From Anaeromyxobacteraceae bacterium (GTDB lineage Bacteria; Myxococcota; Myxococcia; Myxococcales; Anaeromyxobacteraceae), in the NCBI GenBank assembly GCA_047602405.1, contig JASGHJ010000002.1:192001-256000 (forward strand): 64,000 nt of DNA, read 5' to 3'. Position 1 is the stretch's first letter; each line of letters starts with the position of its first letter. Shown here piece after piece: positions 31,886 through 41,300 of this stretch. The position numbers and the translations under genes are program-made. The notes beneath the pieces were generated by a model. The model ran no database searches. It was not told the DNA's origin and worked only from the letters and a program-made list of their open reading frames with translations.

Positions 31886-32776
31886 CTACTTCCGCTTCCG
31901 GCGCGCCGGGGTCCTCGAGGTGCGACGCGCCCGGGCGCTCGCGCGCGCCTTCGTGCGCGCCGCGCCCTTGCGCGCGTTCCGCTCGGCCGCGTCGGCCGCC
32001 GCGCGCCCGCCCTCGCCCACCGTCCGCGCCGCCTCGTGGCCGCGCACCTCGACCCGGCTCGCCGCCTGGCGCGTGGCGTTCGCGGCCTCGGTGACCATCT
32101 CGCGCCCGCGCTCCATCGTGCCGTTCACCGCCTCGGCGCTCCGCGAGCGCGCGCTCTCGGCGAGGCGCCGCGCCGCCTGGGCGCTGACCCGCGCCCCCTG
32201 GCTCACGAGCTCGCCGACCACGTCGGCGCCCGCCCGCAGGGCGTCGCGGCTGCGGTCGAGGAGCGACGACATCGCGCCGGCCACGAAGTTGCCGGGCGGC
32301 TCCTCCGGCGCCTCGGGGTGCGGCCGCGTCGGGGCGACCCGGCGCGCCCGCTCGAGCGAGTCCCCGAGCGCCTGGCGGCGCTGCTCGTCGAGCCCGCGCT
32401 CGAGCCGGGGCAACAGCTCCCGCTCCTCCTCCTCCACGTGGCGGCGCACCTCCCGGGCGATCAGCCGGTACTTCGAGCGCCAGCGCTCGGAGCCGTGCGG
32501 CAGCGCCTCGAGCTCGGAGAGCAGCACCTTCACCGCGTGGTGCTCCTCGAGGGCGTCGACCACGGCGTCGGGCTGCCCGAGCTCGCGCAGCGCGGGATAG
32601 AGGAACTGCTCCTCGATGACGGCGTGCAGCGAGAGCTCGCGCACGAGCTCCCGGGTCGGACCCTCGAGCGCCGCGGCGCCCTCACCGTCCGTGCTGCTGC
32701 GCTGCGCGCGCTCGAGCGTCTTCAGCAGGCGCTCCACCTCCCGGTGATCGCGCTCGATGACCTGCCTCGCGTCCAT
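31886..32776 (-). CDS. Hemerythrin-like (HHE) domain protein with an Ala/Arg-rich tail
   Basis: DHREV, HAVIEEQFLYP, EEH, HVEEEE, APTRPHP. Confidence 0.82.
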   Translation of the reverse strand: MDARQVIERDHREVERLLKTLERAQRSSTDGEGAAALEGPTRELVRELSLHAVIEEQFLYPALRELGQPDAVVDALEEHHAVKVLLSELEALPHGSERWRSKYRLIAREVRRHVEEEERELLPRLERGLDEQRRQALGDSLERARRVAPTRPHPEAPEEPPGNFVAGAMSSLLDRSRDALRAGADVVGELVSQGARVSAQAARRLAESARSRSAEAVNGTMERGREMVTEAANATRQAASRVEVRGHEAARTVGEGGRAAADAAERNARKGAARTKARASARARRTSRTPARRKRK

Positions 32777-32876
32777 GGCCTCTCCCTTCGATGTCGGGTG
32801 AGGTCGAACGCTTCGCATCATGACGTCTTGCGTCAAGGCCCGGTCCCACGGCCTGGCGGACGGCCGGCGGGCGGGC

Positions 32877-34481
32877 CTACAGCCGGAAGCCGTCGGCGAT
32901 GACCGAGATGCGGGTCGCGGTCTCGGTGAGCCGCGAGGCGGCGTCGCGGAGGCGGTCGATGCGGCCGACCGTGTCCTCCATGCCGCGGTCGAGGTCGCGC
33001 ATGGCGGCCGCGATCTGGGCGACGCCCTGGGACTGCTGCTGCACGGCGCCGGCGATCTGCAGGGCGGCCTCGCTGGTCTCGCCGACGATCCCGCCGATCT
33101 CCCGCAGGCTCTCGCCCGAGGCGCGGATCTGGGCGATCGAGCCCTCCATGCCGCGCGTGCCGGACTCGGTGCTCTCGAGCGTGGCCTGGATGGCCCCGAG
33201 GATGTCCTTCACGATCCGGGCGATGTTGGAGGCCGCCTGGCCAGACTGCTCGGCGAGCGCCCGGACCTCGCTCGCGACGACCCCGAAGCCCTTGCCGGCC
33301 TCCCCGGCGCGGGCGGCCTCGATCGACGCGTTGAGGGAGAGCACGTGCGACTGCATGGCGAGGTCGCGGACGGTCTCCACGATGTCGCCGACCTGCCTGG
33401 CCTGCTCGAGGAGGCGGGCGCTGCGGGTCACGAGGGCGTCGACGCTGCCCTGGATGTCCTGCAGCCCGGTGAGGCTGCGGTCGGCGGCCTCCCGGCCCGT
33501 CTCGCTCATCTGCCCCGCGCGCCGGGCGACGTCGAGCACCGCCGCAGCGCGGGAGGCGGCCATGACGGAGGTCTGCTCGAGCTCGCGGGTGGTGGTGCTC
33601 GTCTCGGTGATGCCGGTCGCCTGCCGCTGCACGTTCGCGGTCTGGCCCTCGGTGTGCTCGACGAGGTCGGTCGCCGAGGTCGAGAGCTCCTGGGCGGCGT
33701 CCTTGAGCGTGGAGACGATGGTGCGCAGCCGCTCCACCATCCGCTGGAAGCTGCGGGCGAGGGCGGCGACCTCGTCGTCCCCCTCGATCTCGAGCTTGCG
33801 GCCGAGGTCGCCCTCCGCGAGGTCGAGCGCGGCGCCGGCGAGGCGCTCGAGCGAGCGGGAGGCGCTCCGGGCGAGGGCCAGCGCGAGCCCCAGGCCGGCG
33901 AAGGCGGCCACGAACGCGGCCCCGAGCCCCCACGTGTAGACCATGGTCTGCAGGCCGCGGGCCCGGGCGAACCCGCCGTTCACGTCGCGCTGGGCCTGGG
34001 ACACGAGCTCGCCGACGTCGGCCTTCAGCATCTTGAAGCGGGCCGAGGACGACTTCACCGCGTCGCGGATGCCCTCGCCGGGGTCGCGCTTCACGACCCG
34101 GAGCGTGACGTCGCGGGCGTTCCGGTACCAGCCGTCCACCGAGGCGAGGAGCGCGTCGCGCCGGGCGGTGGGCAGGGTGGCGGCGGGCGTGGCCTCGAGG
34201 AGGTGGCGCAGGTCCTCCACGATGAGGTCGGCCGCCGCGACGCCGCCGCCATCCTCGGTGGCCGCGGCGTCGTCGAGCTGGCGCTCCACCGCGGCGAGGC
34301 GGACCTCGAGGTCCCGGCCCAGCTGCAGGCGGGGGAAGTGGCCGGACTCGAGCTGCCCGAGCTCCTCGACGGAGCCCGAGAGCAGCCACGCGCCGGCGAT
34401 GGTCGCGAGGAGCATCGCCAGCGCGGCCACGAGGGCCGGGAGGAGCATCTTGGACCGGAACGAGAACGCGGCGAGGCGCAT
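32877..34481 (-). CDS. Methyl-accepting chemotaxis protein
   Basis: TM-periplasmic-TM-HAMP; tip LSLNASIEAARAGEAGKGFGVVASEVR. Confidence 0.93.
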   Translation of the reverse strand: MRLAAFSFRSKMLLPALVAALAMLLATIAGAWLLSGSVEELGQLESGHFPRLQLGRDLEVRLAAVERQLDDAAATEDGGGVAAADLIVEDLRHLLEATPAATLPTARRDALLASVDGWYRNARDVTLRVVKRDPGEGIRDAVKSSSARFKMLKADVGELVSQAQRDVNGGFARARGLQTMVYTWGLGAAFVAAFAGLGLALALARSASRSLERLAGAALDLAEGDLGRKLEIEGDDEVAALARSFQRMVERLRTIVSTLKDAAQELSTSATDLVEHTEGQTANVQRQATGITETSTTTRELEQTSVMAASRAAAVLDVARRAGQMSETGREAADRSLTGLQDIQGSVDALVTRSARLLEQARQVGDIVETVRDLAMQSHVLSLNASIEAARAGEAGKGFGVVASEVRALAEQSGQAASNIARIVKDILGAIQATLESTESGTRGMEGSIAQIRASGESLREIGGIVGETSEAALQIAGAVQQQSQGVAQIAAAMRDLDRGMEDTVGRIDRLRDAASRLTETATRISVIADGFRL

Positions 34482-34615
34482 GGCGGTGGCCGGTGTCGGG
34501 GAGGCCCGGCAGTCCCGGTTTACCAGAATCACGGGCGCCGTCGCGAAGGTACGGCCGGCGTCGCCTCGCGGCGGACTGGCGGGCCCGCCGGACCTCTGCG
34601 ACAATCTGTGGATCC

Positions 34616-35680
34616 ATGAACGCGCGCCGGTACGCCCTCTGGGGAGCGATGTTGGGGTTCGGGTTCCCGCTCGTGGGGACGATCGTCGAGGCCCTGCACC
34701 AGGGCTACGGCGTCGGGCTCCGCGGCCTCATCCGCGCCCAGTCCTCGCCGCTCCTGTGGATCATCGACACCGCCCCCATCGTCCTGACGGTGCTCGCCGG
34801 CATGGTCGGCCTGCGCCAGGACAGCCTCTCCGCGCTCTCCGGGACCCGCAAGACCGAGTCGCTCTCGGCGGCCGGCGAGCTCGTCGCGGCGGCGCAGTCG
34901 CTGCTCTCGACGGTGTCCTCCTTCTCGTCGATGACCGCCGAGACCGCCGCCTCGGTGCGCGAGACCACCGCCACGATGGGCCAGCTCGGCCAGACCGCCA
35001 CGAAGGCCGCCCTCACCGCCGAGACGGTGATCGGCCTCGCGCGGCAGGGCGAGAAGATCTCCCTCGAGGGCCTCGACGCGCTCGACGAGAGCCAGAAGCT
35101 GATGGGGACGCTCACCACCGAGGTGCGCGGGCTCTCCGACCGCATCGAGGCGCTCAACGCGCGCATGCGCGACATCTTCGAGATCGCGACGGTGGTGAAC
35201 TTCATCGCCGACCGCTCGCAGCGCCTCGCCGAGCACGCCGACCAGGAGGTCAAGAGCGCCGGCGCGGCGGCCCCGGGGCTCTCCGACGTGGTCGGGGAGA
35301 TGCGCCACCACGCGGAGGACGCGAAGCGCGCCGCCGCGCAGGTGAAGGTGGTGCTCTCGGAGGTCCACAAGGCGATGCTCGCCGCCATGACCGCCGCCGA
35401 GCTCGGCACCCAGCGCGCCGAGCAGGGCGCGCAGATCGCCTCGAAGAGCGGCGAGACCATCAAGCGGCTCGCCGCGGCGCTGCGGGACTCGTCCCAGGCG
35501 GCGAAGGAGATCGCGGTGGTCGCCCAGCAGCAGGACCACGGCATCGACCAGGTCCTGAAGGCGATGAACGAGATCTACCTCGCCACCCAGGAGACGATGA
35601 CGTCGACCCAGAACGTGGCGAGCGAGGCGAAGGCGCTCAACGACCTCGCCTCCGAGCTCAAGAAGCAGTCCGAAGGGTAA
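34616..35680 (+). CDS. MCP-like protein with a short periplasmic loop and degenerate tip
   Basis: Two N-terminal TMs, heptad MCP coiled coil, EIAVVAQQQDHGIDQV..AMNEI. Confidence 0.8.
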   Translation: MNARRYALWGAMLGFGFPLVGTIVEALHQGYGVGLRGLIRAQSSPLLWIIDTAPIVLTVLAGMVGLRQDSLSALSGTRKTESLSAAGELVAAAQSLLSTVSSFSSMTAETAASVRETTATMGQLGQTATKAALTAETVIGLARQGEKISLEGLDALDESQKLMGTLTTEVRGLSDRIEALNARMRDIFEIATVVNFIADRSQRLAEHADQEVKSAGAAAPGLSDVVGEMRHHAEDAKRAAAQVKVVLSEVHKAMLAAMTAAELGTQRAEQGAQIASKSGETIKRLAAALRDSSQAAKEIAVVAQQQDHGIDQVLKAMNEIYLATQETMTSTQNVASEAKALNDLASELKKQSEG

Positions 35681-35692
35681 AGGAGACACCGC

Positions 35693-36166
35693 ATGGCGGA
35701 GGACCGGAGCTGGGCCGCGCTCCTGTCGGGCTTCTCGACGGCGCTGCTCGTCACGCGGGGCGCGGAGGGGCACCTCCACGCGCGCCCGATGGCGATGCGC
35801 CAGCAGGTGCGGGGCGAGGAGATCTGGTTCGCGACCTCCGCCCGCTCGAAGAAGTGCAAGGACCTCGAGGGCGAGCCGCAGTGCGCGCTCACCTTCACCG
35901 CGGCGGACGGCACGACGCTCTCGGTGTCGGGGCGGGGCGAGATCTTCCGGGACCGCAAGCTCGCGCTGGAGCTCTGGGATCGCTCGTGGTCGCGCTGGTT
36001 CCCGGAGGGGCCGGCGCAGCGGGACCTCGCGCTCGTGCGCGTCATCCCCGAGCACGTCGAGAGCCACGACGGCGTGACCGGGCGGAGCGAGGTGCTCTAC
36101 ACCTCCCGCCGCCCCGCGCAGGGCCCGAAGAAGCGCCGGGCCCGCGCCACCGCCGCGCGGCGGTAG
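35693..36166 (+). CDS. Pyridoxamine 5'-phosphate oxidase-like (general stress protein 26 type) protein
   Basis: AAGGAG RBS, LHARPM, IWFAT, SVSGRGE, WFPEGP. Confidence 0.8.
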   Translation: MAEDRSWAALLSGFSTALLVTRGAEGHLHARPMAMRQQVRGEEIWFATSARSKKCKDLEGEPQCALTFTAADGTTLSVSGRGEIFRDRKLALELWDRSWSRWFPEGPAQRDLALVRVIPEHVESHDGVTGRSEVLYTSRRPAQGPKKRRARATAARR

Positions 36167-36178
36167 GGCGGGCCCGGG

Positions 36179-36203
36179 TCCCTCGACGGCTCGGGACGAG
36201 CGG
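36179..36203 (+). repeat. REP-like element, minimal copy 4
   Basis: TCCCTCGACGGCTCGGGACGAGCGG, the conserved ends without the central hairpin; lies between convergent genes. Confidence 0.6.
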
Positions 36204-36218
36204 CGGCCGGGAGGGCCG

Positions 36219-36926
36219 CTACTTCACGATCTCGAGCAGCTCGATCTCGAACGTCAGCACGGCGTTGCCCGGGATGACCGGCGGGCGGCCGTTCGGGCCG
36301 TAGGCGATGTCGGACGGGCAGACGACCTTCGCCTTGCCGCCGACCTTCATCATCTGCAGCGCCTCGGTCCAGCACTTCACGACCTGGTCGAGCGGGAACT
36401 CCACCGGCTGGCCGCGCTTGTAGGAGGAGTCGAACTCCTTCCCGTCGATGAGCGTGCCGGCGTAGTTCACCTTCACCTTGTCCTTCGCGCCGGGCGAGGC
36501 GCCGGAGCCCTCCTTCTGCGAGATCACGATCGCGCCGGAGGGCGACTTCTTCGCGCCCTTCTCGGCCGCCATCTTGGCGAGGTAGGCCGGGCCCGCGTCG
36601 GCCTGCTTCTTGTCGGCGACCGCCTTGCGGGAGCGGGCGAGCTCCTGGATCGAGGCGTTGAGCTTCTCGTCCATCGGGTACTTCGGCTTGTGGCTGACGC
36701 CGTCCTTGAGCCCCTTCACGACCGTCTCGAGCTCCGCGGGCGAGAGCGCGAAGATCTCGACGTTCTGGGCCAGGGCGAGGCCGACGCCGTAGAGCGCCTT
36801 CTCGTCGTCCGCCTTCGCCGCCTGGGGCGAGGCGGGCGCGGCCGGCTTCGCGGGCGGGGCGGCCGGCGCCTGGGCGGCGGCGGGGAGGGTCAGGGCAGCG
36901 AGGAGGGCAGCGACGGCGAGCTTCAT
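36219..36926 (-). CDS. FKBP-type peptidyl-prolyl isomerase (FkpA/Mip-like)
   Basis: Signal peptide, VNYAGTLIDGKEFDSS, WTEALQMM, AYG, LTFEIELL. Confidence 0.92.
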   Translation of the reverse strand: MKLAVAALLAALTLPAAAQAPAAPPAKPAAPASPQAAKADDEKALYGVGLALAQNVEIFALSPAELETVVKGLKDGVSHKPKYPMDEKLNASIQELARSRKAVADKKQADAGPAYLAKMAAEKGAKKSPSGAIVISQKEGSGASPGAKDKVKVNYAGTLIDGKEFDSSYKRGQPVEFPLDQVVKCWTEALQMMKVGGKAKVVCPSDIAYGPNGRPPVIPGNAVLTFEIELLEIVK

Positions 36927-36964
36927 GGTCCTTCCTTTCGAGGTGCGGCAGGTCGAGGCCGGCG

Positions 36965-38179
36965 TCAGGCCGGCTCCGGAGGTTCCTCGGGCCCGGCGGC
37001 GCGTGCGCGCTCGTCGAGGACCGCGAGCTTCTTGTGGAGGAAGCGGAAGACGGCCACGAACACCGAGGCCAGCGGCACGGCCAGGAGGGCCCCGACGAGC
37101 CCGTGGCTTCGCTCCCCGATCACGAGGGCAAGGACGATCAGGACGGGGTGGATCTTCGAGGCGTCGCCCATGATCTTGGGGTTGAGGAAGTAGGTCTCGA
37201 GGGCGTGGATGAACAGCACCCACCCGAGCGCCAGCAGGGCCTTCGTGAGTCCCCCCGCACCCAGGGCGAGGAGGACGATGGGCACCGTCGAGAGGATCGT
37301 GCCGAAGATCGGCACGACGTAGAGCAGGAGGGCGAGCGCGGAGAGCGCGAACGCGAACGGCACCCGGAGCATCAGGAGGCCGATCAGGGTGAGCACCCCG
37401 TTCACCAGCATGATGGTGAGCTGGCCGCGCACCACGCCGGCGAGGCCCGCGTCGATGCCGTGGAGGAGGCGGCGGACGTCGTCCCGCCAGCCGGTCGGCA
37501 CGAGCGTCTCGGGGAAGCGCAGGATCCGCGGCGCGTCCATCGAGATGAACGCGGTCAGCATGAACAGGAGGACCACGAAGAAGATGGTCTGGAAGGCCCC
37601 GGCGATGAGCGCCTGGGACAGGCGCAGCACGTCGCCCACCCGCCCGCGCAGGCTGGTGCTGGTCGCCCGGATGGCCTCGGCGATCGCGGCGTCGAGGTCG
37701 ACCTGCAGGCGCCCCACGGCCGACGGCCCCGCGTTCGCGGAGACGACGTCGACCGGGATCCCGTAGCGCTGCAGGAAGGCGTCGATGGCCCGCGACCAGC
37801 CCTCGATCTTCTCGGGGGTCACGCCGGCCAGGAACTCGCGCACCTCGCCCAGGCCGCGCATCGCCTCCCGGTAGATCTGCGGGACCACCGAGACCCCGAG
37901 CAGCCAGCCGAACCCGCCGAGGAGGAGGTAGACGACGATGACCCCCATCCAGCGCGGCGGGTGGCGGCCGCCCCTGAGCTCGATCCGCACGATCCGCTGG
38001 ATGAGCGGGTCGATGACGTAGGCCGCCAGCGCCGCCAGCACGAACGGCAGCAGCACCGGCCAGGCGGCGACGAGCACCGCGAGGACGAGCGCCCACACGA
38101 GCCCGGTGAGCCCGAAGAGCTGGACCCGCGGCTGGCGGAGGAAGGAGAGGAGCGACGGCACGGCGCGCCTTTCTACCAT
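36965..38179 (-). CDS. AI-2E family transporter
   Basis: PFVLAALAAYVIDP, VRGQL, LNPKIMG, IHP, GALLAVP. Confidence 0.88.
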   Translation of the reverse strand: MVERRAVPSLLSFLRQPRVQLFGLTGLVWALVLAVLVAAWPVLLPFVLAALAAYVIDPLIQRIVRIELRGGRHPPRWMGVIVVYLLLGGFGWLLGVSVVPQIYREAMRGLGEVREFLAGVTPEKIEGWSRAIDAFLQRYGIPVDVVSANAGPSAVGRLQVDLDAAIAEAIRATSTSLRGRVGDVLRLSQALIAGAFQTIFFVVLLFMLTAFISMDAPRILRFPETLVPTGWRDDVRRLLHGIDAGLAGVVRGQLTIMLVNGVLTLIGLLMLRVPFAFALSALALLLYVVPIFGTILSTVPIVLLALGAGGLTKALLALGWVLFIHALETYFLNPKIMGDASKIHPVLIVLALVIGERSHGLVGALLAVPLASVFVAVFRFLHKKLAVLDERARAAGPEEPPEPA

Positions 38180-38206
38180 GGCGGCCGTGCCGCATCCCCA
38201 GGAACG

Positions 38207-40102
38207 CTACTCCTCGAGGGTGGAGACGTCGCCCTCGGGCAGGCCCTGCGCGCGGGCCTTGAGCACGCGGCGCATGATCTTGCCGGACCGGGTCTTCGGG
38301 AGCGCGTCCACGAAGTTCACCTTCTCCGGCTTCACGATCGGGCCCATGTGCGTCGCGACGTGCTGCTTCACCTGATCCTCGAGCTCGGGCGAGCCCACGA
38401 AGCCCTGCCGCAGGAGCACGTAGCAGTGGATCGCCTGGCCCTTCACCTCGTGCGAGAGGCCGATGACGGCCGCCTCGGCGATGGCCGGGTGGCTGACGAG
38501 GGCGCTCTCGATCTCGGCGGTGCCGAGCCGGTAGCCGGACACCTTGATGACGTCGTCGGTGCGGCCGATGACCCAGAAGTACCCGTCCTTGTCGCGCTTG
38601 GCCGAGTCACCGGCCATGTACTTGCCGGGGTACTTCGACCAGTACTGCTTCGCCCAGCGGTCGTGGTCCTTGTAGATGGTCACGGCCATGCCCGGCCACG
38701 GGTTCTCGAGGACGAGGAACCCCTCCTCGCCGTCCGGCACGGGCTTGCCGGCCTCGTCGACGATCGACGCCTTCTGCGTGAAGAACGGGCGGGTGCCGGA
38801 GCCGGGCTTGAGCGGCACGCTCGGCGTGGGCGTGATCTGGAACATGCCGGTCTCGGTCTGCCACCAGGTGTCCATGATCGGGCAGCGGCCCTTGCCGATC
38901 ACGCGGTGGTACCACTTCCACGCCTCGGGGTTGATGGGCTCGCCGACCGAGCCGAGGAGCCGGAGCGTCGAGAGGTCGTGGCGGTTGGGCCACGACTCGC
39001 CGAAGCGCATCAGCCCGCGCACCGCGGTGGGCGCGGTGTAGAGGATCGTGATGCCGTACTTCTCGACGAGCTGCCACCAGCGGTTCGGATACGGGTAGGT
39101 CGGGGCGCCCTCGTACATGAACGTCGTCGCGCCCATGAGCAGCGGGCCGTAGACGATGTACGAGTGGCCGGTCACCCAGCCCGGATCCGCGGCGCACCAG
39201 TAGCGGTCCTCGTCGCGGATGTCGAAGACGTACTTGAGCGTCGAGTAGACGCCGACCATGTAGCCGCCGTGGCCGTGGACGAGGCCCTTCGGCTTCCCGG
39301 TCGTGCCGGAGGTGTAGAGGATGTAGAGCGGGTCGTTCGAGTCCATCACCTCGGTCGGGCAGACGCCCGTCGCGAGGGGCAGCTTCATGAGCTCGTGGTA
39401 CCAGTAGTCCCTGCCCGCCTCCATGCGGACCTCGTGGCCGGTGCGCTGGACCACGATGACCGTCTCGACCGTCGGGCAGCGGCGGACGGCCTCGTCCACC
39501 GTCTTCTTCAGCTCGACGATCTTGCCGTTCATGAAGCCGCCGTCGGCGGTGATGACCACGCGCGACTCGGAGTCCTCGATGCGGCCCTGCAACGAGTCGG
39601 TGGAGAAGCCGCCGTACACGACCGAGTGGATCGCGCCGAGCTTCGCGACCGCGAGCATCGCGATCACGATCTCGGGGACGCGCGGCATGTAGATCGTGAC
39701 GCGGTCGCCCTTCTTCACGCCCATGGCCTTCAGGACGTTCGCGAACTTGGAGACGTCGCGGTTGAGCGCGAAGTACGAGTAGGTGCGGACCTCGCCCTTC
39801 TCACCGACCCACACGAGCGCGAGCTTGTTCTTGCGGTAGGTGCGCTGGTGGCGGTCGAGGCAGTTGTGGACGATGTTGACCTGGCCGCCCTTGAACCACT
39901 TGAAGAAGGGCTTCTCGGACGAATCGCAGACCTTGTCCCACTTGCGGTACCACTCGAGCTCCTCGGCCTCGGCCGCCCAGAACGCGTCGGGATCCTCGAG
40001 CGCCTTCTTCGCCATCGCGTCCCAGTCCTTCACGCGGGCCTGGGAGACGACCTCGGCGGAGGGGTAGAACACCTCGCCCTCGAGCTGCGGGTCCTTCTTC
40101 AT
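38207..40102 (-). CDS. acs: Acetyl-CoA synthetase
   Basis: YTSGTTGKPKG, ADPGWVTGHSY, DTWWQTETG, LPKTRSGKIMRR; AAGGAG RBS. Confidence 0.96.
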   Translation of the reverse strand: MKKDPQLEGEVFYPSAEVVSQARVKDWDAMAKKALEDPDAFWAAEAEELEWYRKWDKVCDSSEKPFFKWFKGGQVNIVHNCLDRHQRTYRKNKLALVWVGEKGEVRTYSYFALNRDVSKFANVLKAMGVKKGDRVTIYMPRVPEIVIAMLAVAKLGAIHSVVYGGFSTDSLQGRIEDSESRVVITADGGFMNGKIVELKKTVDEAVRRCPTVETVIVVQRTGHEVRMEAGRDYWYHELMKLPLATGVCPTEVMDSNDPLYILYTSGTTGKPKGLVHGHGGYMVGVYSTLKYVFDIRDEDRYWCAADPGWVTGHSYIVYGPLLMGATTFMYEGAPTYPYPNRWWQLVEKYGITILYTAPTAVRGLMRFGESWPNRHDLSTLRLLGSVGEPINPEAWKWYHRVIGKGRCPIMDTWWQTETGMFQITPTPSVPLKPGSGTRPFFTQKASIVDEAGKPVPDGEEGFLVLENPWPGMAVTIYKDHDRWAKQYWSKYPGKYMAGDSAKRDKDGYFWVIGRTDDVIKVSGYRLGTAEIESALVSHPAIAEAAVIGLSHEVKGQAIHCYVLLRQGFVGSPELEDQVKQHVATHMGPIVKPEKVNFVDALPKTRSGKIMRRVLKARAQGLPEGDVSTLEE

Positions 40103-40340
40103 CGCGCGCTCCTTTCTCGGCGTTGGACGGGCGCCGCGTCCTCGCGGGCCCGGGCTCCGGCCGCTCGCCGCGGGGGCGGCGCCGGTCTCGGTGGGTGAAC
40201 GTGTGACTCTACAGCCAGACGGAAGGGATCGTCTCGACAGGATGCACCTCTTCGAGACGAATCGTCTGCCCCGGGTGGGTTTCACGCAGTGCGTCGTGGC
40301 CGGGAGGCGAACCGCCCGAACTGCGTGTATCCTCCGCGTC

Positions 40341-41300
40341 GTGCGCCTCCCGCCCCCCGTCCGCCGCGGCGACGTCGTCCGGGTCATCGCCCCCTCGAGC
40401 CCGTTCGACGCCGACGCGTTCCGGCGCGGCCTCGAGGTGCTCACCCGCCGGCTCGGCCTCGTGCCGCGGCACCGCGCCGATCTGGCCGCCCGGGCCGACT
40501 TCCTCGCCGGCGACGACGCGCGGCGCCTCGAGGAGTGGCGCGAGGCGGTCGCCGACCCCGACGCCACCGCGATCTTCTGCGCCCGTGGCGGCTACGGCGC
40601 GAGCCGGATCCTGCCGGGCGTGGATCCGGCCCCGCTCGTCGCGCGCCCGAAGACGCTGGTCGGCTTCTCGGACATCTGCGTGCTGCACGCCGCGCTCAAC
40701 CGGGCCGGCCTCGCCACCGTGCACGGGCCGGTGCTCACCCAGCTCGGGCGCGCGCCGGAGGAGGCGATCGATCACCTCGAGCGGCTGCTCGCCCGGACCG
40801 CGCCACGGGCCGGGGCGTGGGAGCGCCCGGCGGCGGGGGCCGGGCTCGTCGGCACCGCCACCGTGACCCCCGGCCGCGCGAGCGGGCCGCTCCTCGGTGG
40901 CTCGCTCACGCTCCTCGCCCACCTGGCCGGCACGCCCTACATGCCGCCGCTCGCGGGCGCGGTCGTCCTCCTCGAGGACGTGGGCGAGAAGCCGTACCGC
41001 ATCGACCGGTACCTCACGCAGCTCCGGCTCGCGGGCGCGCTCGACGGCGTCGCGGGCGTCGCGCTCGGCCAGTTCGCCGACTGCGACCTCGGCGTGCAGC
41101 GCGGGCTCGACGTCGCCCGCGCGGCGGCGAGGGCGCTCGGCGTGCCGGTCATCGAGGGGATCGCCGCCGGCCACGAGGACGCGAACTTCGCCGTGCCGCT
41201 CGGCGCGCGGGCCACGCTCGTCGCACCCGGGCCAGGCGAGGAGGGCGAGCCGCGGCTCACCTTCGACGGCTGGCTCGACGACGGGAGCCTCACCGCGTGA
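40341..41300 (+). CDS. LD-carboxypeptidase (peptidase S66)
   Basis: IAPSS, RGGYG, VGFSD, HGP, LEDVGE, GH. Confidence 0.9.
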   Translation: MRLPPPVRRGDVVRVIAPSSPFDADAFRRGLEVLTRRLGLVPRHRADLAARADFLAGDDARRLEEWREAVADPDATAIFCARGGYGASRILPGVDPAPLVARPKTLVGFSDICVLHAALNRAGLATVHGPVLTQLGRAPEEAIDHLERLLARTAPRAGAWERPAAGAGLVGTATVTPGRASGPLLGGSLTLLAHLAGTPYMPPLAGAVVLLEDVGEKPYRIDRYLTQLRLAGALDGVAGVALGQFADCDLGVQRGLDVARAAARALGVPVIEGIAAGHEDANFAVPLGARATLVAPGPGEEGEPRLTFDGWLDDGSLTA

